Assembly (NCBI GenBank): GCA_964347615.1
Contig: CAYFZO010000001.1
Coordinates: 61,559 to 125,558 of the forward strand
Reading direction: 5' to 3'
DNA length: 64,000 nucleotides
DNA from: an uncultured Chromatiales bacterium
GTDB taxonomy: Bacteria; Pseudomonadota; Gammaproteobacteria; Poriferisulfidales; Oxydemutatoraceae
Part shown: piece after piece, positions 59,889-64,000 of the stretch
Numbering within the stretch: the first letter of the stretch is position 1
Layout of the letters: the number at the start of each line of letters is the position of its first letter
Position numbers and translations under genes: made by a program
The notes under the pieces: generated by a model
Told to the model about the DNA's origin: nothing
Database searches by the model: none
What the model saw: the letters and a program-made list of their open reading frames with translations, nothing else

Positions 59889-60425
59889 ATGCCCGAAATA
59901 CGCAGCACAACCATCGTTTCGGTACGTCGCGACGGGTGCGTGGCAATGGGGGGCGACGGGCAGGTCACCTTGCAGGACGCAGTCGTGATGAAAACCAACG
60001 CCTGCAAGGTCAGGCGGCTCTACAAGGACCGCGTACTGGCCGGCTTTGCGGGCGGAACCGCCGACGCAATCACCCTGACGGAGCGGTTCGAACGCAAGCT
60101 CGACGAACACAACGGGCAACTGACGCGCGCGGCGGTCGAGCTTGCCAAGGACTGGCGCAGCGACCGCAGCCTGCGGCGTCTAGAAGCCTTGCTTTCGGTC
60201 GCCGACAAGGAGGTTTCGCTGGTTATCTCAGGCAACGGCGACGTCATCGAACCCGAGAACGGCTTGGTCGCAATCGGTTCAGGCGGCAGCTACGCTCAAG
60301 CCGCGGCGCGCGCGTTGCTCGACAACACCGAACTCGGCGCGCGCGAAATCGTCGAACGTTCCCTGGCGATCGCCGCGGCCCTATGCATCTATACGAACAC
60401 CGTCGTGACCGTAGAGGAAATCTAA
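59889..60425 (+). CDS. hslV: ATP-dependent protease subunit HslV
   Basis: [12 protein letters not shown]-terminal Thr nucleophile follows the short leader. Confidence 0.95.
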   Translation: MPEIRSTTIVSVRRDGCVAMGGDGQVTLQDAVVMKTNACKVRRLYKDRVLAGFAGGTADAITLTERFERKLDEHNGQLTRAAVELAKDWRSDRSLRRLEALLSVADKEVSLVISGNGDVIEPENGLVAIGSGGSYAQAAARALLDNTELGAREIVERSLAIAAALCIYTNTVVTVEEI

Positions 60426-60461
60426 GCGGCCTTGCCGCCGTCCACCACCGAGGAAGCCGCC

Positions 60462-61751
60462 GTGTCCACGATGACACCGAGAGAAATCGTCCGCGAACTC
60501 GACAAGCACATTGTCGGGCAGGATCAAGCCAAACGCGCGGTGGCGATCGCCTTGCGTAACCGCTGGCGACGCATGCAACTGGACGAGGAATTGCGCCGTG
60601 AAATCATGCCTAAAAACATCCTGATGATCGGCCCGACCGGCGTGGGTAAGACCGAGATTGCAAGAAGGCTCGCGCGTCTGGCCGACGCCCCGTTCATCAA
60701 GGTCGAAGCGACCAAGTTCACCGAAGTCGGCTACGTCGGACGCGACGTCGAGTCGATCATCCGTGATTTGGCCGACGTTTCGATCAAGGCGACGCGAGAG
60801 AGGGAAATCAACCGCCACCGCCACCGCGCTCACAAGGCCGCCGAAGACCTGGTGCTCGACGCCCTGCCTTCCGCCGCCGGCGACCCGCAAGCCGTACGCG
60901 CCGCGCTGCGCCGCGGCGAGTTCGACGACCGTGAGGTGGAAATCGAAGCGTCGGCGATGCCCTCAGGCGTTGAGATCATGACGCCGGCGGGGATGGAAGC
61001 GATCGCCGGCCAGTTGGAGAGCGTGTTCAAGAACATCGGAGGGCAACACCGACGGCGACGCAAAATGACGGTCAAGCAGGCGCTCAAGCTCCTGGCTCAG
61101 GAAAAGGCACAGGAGATGATAGACGAAGAGGAAATAAAGACGCTGGCGCTGCGTGACGTCGAACAAAGCGGCATCGTTTTCATAGACGAGATAGACAAAG
61201 TCGCCAAACGCGGAGACCGGGCCGGCGGCGAGATTTCGCGTGAAGGAGTGCAACGCGACCTGTTGCCGCTGGTTGAAGGCAGCACGGTCACAACCAAGCA
61301 CGGCATGGTCAAGACCGATCACGTCCTGTTCGTCGCGTCCGGTGCCTTTCACGTCGCCAAACCGTCCGACCTGGTGCCCGAGCTGCAAGGGCGTTTCCCG
61401 ATCCGGGTGGAACTGACCGACTTGGGCACCGAAGAGTTCATCCGCATCCTGACCGAACCGGACGTGTCCCTGGTCCGCCAATACGTCGAGCTGTTGGCGG
61501 CCGAGGGCGTCGTCGCCGAATTCACCGAAGACGCGATCCGCCGCGTCGCCGAAATCGCCTGCGAAGTCAACGAAAACACCGAGAACATCGGTGCCCGCAG
61601 ACTGCACACGGTGATGGAATGCCTGCTCGAAGACGTTTCGTTCACCGCGCCGGACCGAAGCGGGGAACGTCTGGTCTTTGACGCCGCCTACGTCGAAAAA
61701 CAGTTGGCGGAACTGGCCGCGGACGAAGACCTGAGCCGGTATATATTATGA
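60462..61751 (+). CDS. hslU: ATP-dependent protease ATPase subunit HslU
   Basis: (V)[19 protein letters not shown] and Walker [19 protein letters not shown] 60462 has gaggaag 5 nt upstream. The track start is TTG 60432. Confidence 0.93.
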   Translation: MSTMTPREIVRELDKHIVGQDQAKRAVAIALRNRWRRMQLDEELRREIMPKNILMIGPTGVGKTEIARRLARLADAPFIKVEATKFTEVGYVGRDVESIIRDLADVSIKATREREINRHRHRAHKAAEDLVLDALPSAAGDPQAVRAALRRGEFDDREVEIEASAMPSGVEIMTPAGMEAIAGQLESVFKNIGGQHRRRRKMTVKQALKLLAQEKAQEMIDEEEIKTLALRDVEQSGIVFIDEIDKVAKRGDRAGGEISREGVQRDLLPLVEGSTVTTKHGMVKTDHVLFVASGAFHVAKPSDLVPELQGRFPIRVELTDLGTEEFIRILTEPDVSLVRQYVELLAAEGVVAEFTEDAIRRVAEIACEVNENTENIGARRLHTVMECLLEDVSFTAPDRSGERLVFDAAYVEKQLAELAADEDLSRYIL

Positions 61752-61771
61752 GCATCCACGAGGAGAGAACG

Positions 61772-62143
61772 ATGTCAAAAATACAGCCGACGCAAATACA
61801 GTTGCACCAAAAATCGCGCATCCTGGAAATCCTGTTCGAGAACGGAGACAGCTTCAAATTGAGTTGCGAATACCTGCGGGTGTATTCGCCGTCGGCGGAG
61901 GTCATGGGACACGGGCCGGGCGAGGGCGTGCTGCAAGTTGGTAAAGAGGACGTCAACATCGTTTCAATCGAGCCGGTCGGCAATTACGCAATCAAACCGG
62001 TCTACGACGACGGACACGGCAGCGGCATCTACAGCTGGGATTACCTTTACGATCTCGGCGTAAACTACGACAAATACTGGGCCCGTTATCTGGAACGCCT
62101 TAGGGAAGCGAACTACGAACGCAAAACCGACCGGCTGAACTGA
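61772..62143 (+). CDS. DUF971 (gamma-butyrobetaine hydroxylase-like N-terminal domain) protein
   Basis: LEILFENGDSFKLSCEYLRVYSPSAEV pattern. ATG 61772 is preceded by aggaga. Confidence 0.75.
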   Translation: MSKIQPTQIQLHQKSRILEILFENGDSFKLSCEYLRVYSPSAEVMGHGPGEGVLQVGKEDVNIVSIEPVGNYAIKPVYDDGHGSGIYSWDYLYDLGVNYDKYWARYLERLREANYERKTDRLN

Positions 62144-62151
62144 ACCCGCCC

Positions 62152-62895
62152 ATGGAAAACGACGTTACGCATTTTGGCTATCGCAAGGTCGGCACAACCG
62201 AGAAATCCGCTTTGGTCGGCGGCGTCTTCAGCTCGGTGGCGAAACGTTACGACCTGATGAACGACGCGACGTCCCTGGGCATACACCGCCTGTGGAAACG
62301 TCACGCCGCGTGGTTGTGTGCGGTGCGGCCGGGACAACGCGTACTCGACCTGGCGGGCGGCACCGGGGACCTCGCGGCGTTGCTGCACGCGCGGCTGGGC
62401 GGCGCCGGCGAGATCGTCGTCGCCGACGTCAACGCCGAGATGCTCGAGGTCGGACGCGCGCGGCTGCTCGACCGGGGGGTAACGCAAAACCTTGCCTTCG
62501 TACGTTGCGACGCCGAGTCCATGCCGTTCGGCGAGGACTCTTTCGACCGGGTCGTGCTTGCGTTCGGTTTGCGCAACGTGACCGACAAGCAACGGGCGCT
62601 TGAAGACGTGCACCGTGTTCTCAAGCCCGGCGGCAGATTCCTTATTCTGGAGTTTTCAAAGCCGACTCGGTGGCTGCGTCCCTTGTACGACGCCTGGTCT
62701 TTCGGCGTAATCCCCCGCCTCGGGCGCAGACTCGCCGGGGACGAAAACAGCTACCGCTATCTGGTCGAGTCGATCCGCGTGCATCCGGGGCGCGGCGCCC
62801 TGCTCAAGATGATGCGCCGCGCCGGATTCGAGCGTTGCCGCTGTTTCAGCCTCACCCAGGGCATCGTCGCCCTGCACCTCGGCTGCAAGTTGTGA
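62152..62895 (+). CDS. ubiE: ubiquinone/menaquinone biosynthesis C-methyltransferase
   Basis: THFGYRKV, YDLMND and VLDLAGGTGDLA motifs. Confidence 0.93.
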   Translation: MENDVTHFGYRKVGTTEKSALVGGVFSSVAKRYDLMNDATSLGIHRLWKRHAAWLCAVRPGQRVLDLAGGTGDLAALLHARLGGAGEIVVADVNAEMLEVGRARLLDRGVTQNLAFVRCDAESMPFGEDSFDRVVLAFGLRNVTDKQRALEDVHRVLKPGGRFLILEFSKPTRWLRPLYDAWSFGVIPRLGRRLAGDENSYRYLVESIRVHPGRGALLKMMRRAGFERCRCFSLTQGIVALHLGCKL

Positions 62896-62906
62896 CACAC
62901 CGACGG

Positions 62907-63530
62907 ATGGAACAGTCAGGTGCGGCTGTTGCGGCGCTCGTGGAACGCGCGATGAATTTGTGGCTCGACACCGACCCTCGGGCGGCACGGGATCTGGGTG
63001 AGCTCGGAGGAATAGTCATCGGCCTTGAAGTAACCACTTTCCCGATCGAGCTGTTTTTCACGCCGACAAGCGGAAAGATTCGCGTCGCCGCCACGGCGGA
63101 ACGCGAACCTCACACTTGGATCCGAGGCGGCTTGCTCGATCTGATCAAGCTCTCCCGCGGCGAGCAGCGGCCCGGCAACGGTGCACGTTTGGTCATACAG
63201 GGCGACGTCGCGGCGGGGCACGCGTTTCAAAGGATCCTCAAGACCGGGGACTTTGACTGGGAAGAGCTGCTTGCTCGCCGCGTGGGAGACGTCGCCGCAA
63301 ACGAGCTGGCGCGGGGAATCCGCGCGGCCGGACGCTGGGCCGCGCAATCTTTCGACTCGCTGAACGCGGCCGCCGGAGAATACCTGCGCGAAGAAGCGAG
63401 ACTCGTCGCGGACAAACGCGAGCTTCGCGGGTTTGCGCGTGAAGTGGACTGCTTGCGCGACCGGGTCGAAGCCCTGGAGATTCGCGCCGGAGATTCGCGC
63501 CAAAGGCGCACGGAGAAACCAAGCTCATGA
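62907..63530 (+). CDS. ubiJ: ubiquinone biosynthesis accessory factor UbiJ (SCP2-like)
   Basis: Lies between ubiE and ubiB. ATG 62907 is within the longer track ORF. SCP2-like N-terminal half and coiled C-terminus. Confidence 0.7.
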   Translation: MEQSGAAVAALVERAMNLWLDTDPRAARDLGELGGIVIGLEVTTFPIELFFTPTSGKIRVAATAEREPHTWIRGGLLDLIKLSRGEQRPGNGARLVIQGDVAAGHAFQRILKTGDFDWEELLARRVGDVAANELARGIRAAGRWAAQSFDSLNAAAGEYLREEARLVADKRELRGFAREVDCLRDRVEALEIRAGDSRQRRTEKPSS

Positions 63531-64000
63531 TGACGCCGACTCAAGCGATGCGCCTTTTCAGAATCAACGCGACGCTGATCCGCCACGGCTTGGACGAGAT
63601 CATACTGGTCATTCCTTGGTTTCGCCCGATCCGTTTCCTGTTTCACTTGTCGCCGTGGAACTGGTTCGGACGCAAACGGACGCCGCTGGCGGTCCGAATC
63701 CGGCGCGCGCTCGAGGACCTGGGCCCGATTTTCGTCAAATTCGGGCAAACGCTCTCGACCCGCCGCGACCTGTTGCCGTCCGACGTCGCCGACGAGCTCG
63801 CCAAGTTGCAGGACCGGGTCCCGCCGTTTTCGAACGCCGCGGCGAAACAGGCGGTGGTCGCCGCTTTGGGCGCACCGATCGACGAGGTCTTTTCACGTTT
63901 CGGCGACGACCCGTTGGCGTCGGCCTCGATCGCACAAGTGCACTCGGCGACGCTCAAGGACGGCAGCGACGTTGTGGTCAAGGTGTTGCGGCCCGGCGTC
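63527..64000 (+). CDS. ubiB: ubiquinone biosynthesis protein kinase-like UbiB (5' part, runs off the right edge)
   Basis: My own translation from ATG 63527 (which overlaps the ubiJ stop): MMTPTQAMRLFRINATLIRHGLDEI...LGPIFVKFGQTLSTRRDLLP...ASIAQVH. Confidence 0.88.
   Translation, partial: MMTPTQAMRLFRINATLIRHGLDEIILVIPWFRPIRFLFHLSPWNWFGRKRTPLAVRIRRALEDLGPIFVKFGQTLSTRRDLLPSDVADELAKLQDRVPPFSNAAAKQAVVAALGAPIDEVFSRFGDDPLASASIAQVHSATLKDGSDVVVKVLRPGV

Overview
GC-rich, gammaproteobacterium-type chromosomal segment. About 60 protein genes are densely packed, with 2 tRNAs. I found no rRNA, CRISPR array, transposase or phage genes. Most of it is housekeeping: NAD-type formate dehydrogenase (fdsA plus a fused NuoE/NuoF-like subunit), truB-rbfA-infB-nusA-rimP, an M16 peptidase pair, rsmD, coaD, ggt, mutM, rpoH, bioC-bioH, plsY, tsaD, yggT-proC, dsbB, nrdAB and dapF-DUF484-xerC-hslVU-DUF971-ubiE-ubiJ-ubiB. 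It also holds a complete aa3 cytochrome c oxidase and assembly cluster (coxB-coxA-small ORF-ctaG-coxC, DUF2909, SURF1, ctaA, ctaB). Four things stand out. (1) A lipoprotein gene plus a 2214-aa Sec-signal/SpvB/FG-GAP/RHS protein lie between an initiator tRNA and the rimP leader. This protein resembles a fused TcB-TcC toxin, has an unrecognisable Gly/Ala-rich C-terminal domain, and has no immunity-like gene. (2) A visibly AT-richer tandem triplication of a roughly 430-aa gene carries fucosyltransferase-like motifs. It includes a 639-bp perfectly identical conversion tract and a relic of the neighbouring methyltransferase. (3) A roughly 100-nt intergenic repeat family is present in at least 6 clear and about 4 degenerate copies. 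Its TATA-rich end usually faces a gene or tRNA start, and fragments sit at the duplication junctions. (4) Other AT-richer glyco-type genes are scattered singly (GT61-like, truncated nucleotide-sugar dehydrogenase-like). Two small ORFs missing from the ORF track and several regulatory candidates are also reported. All functional calls come from reading motifs in the translations. No database search was run.
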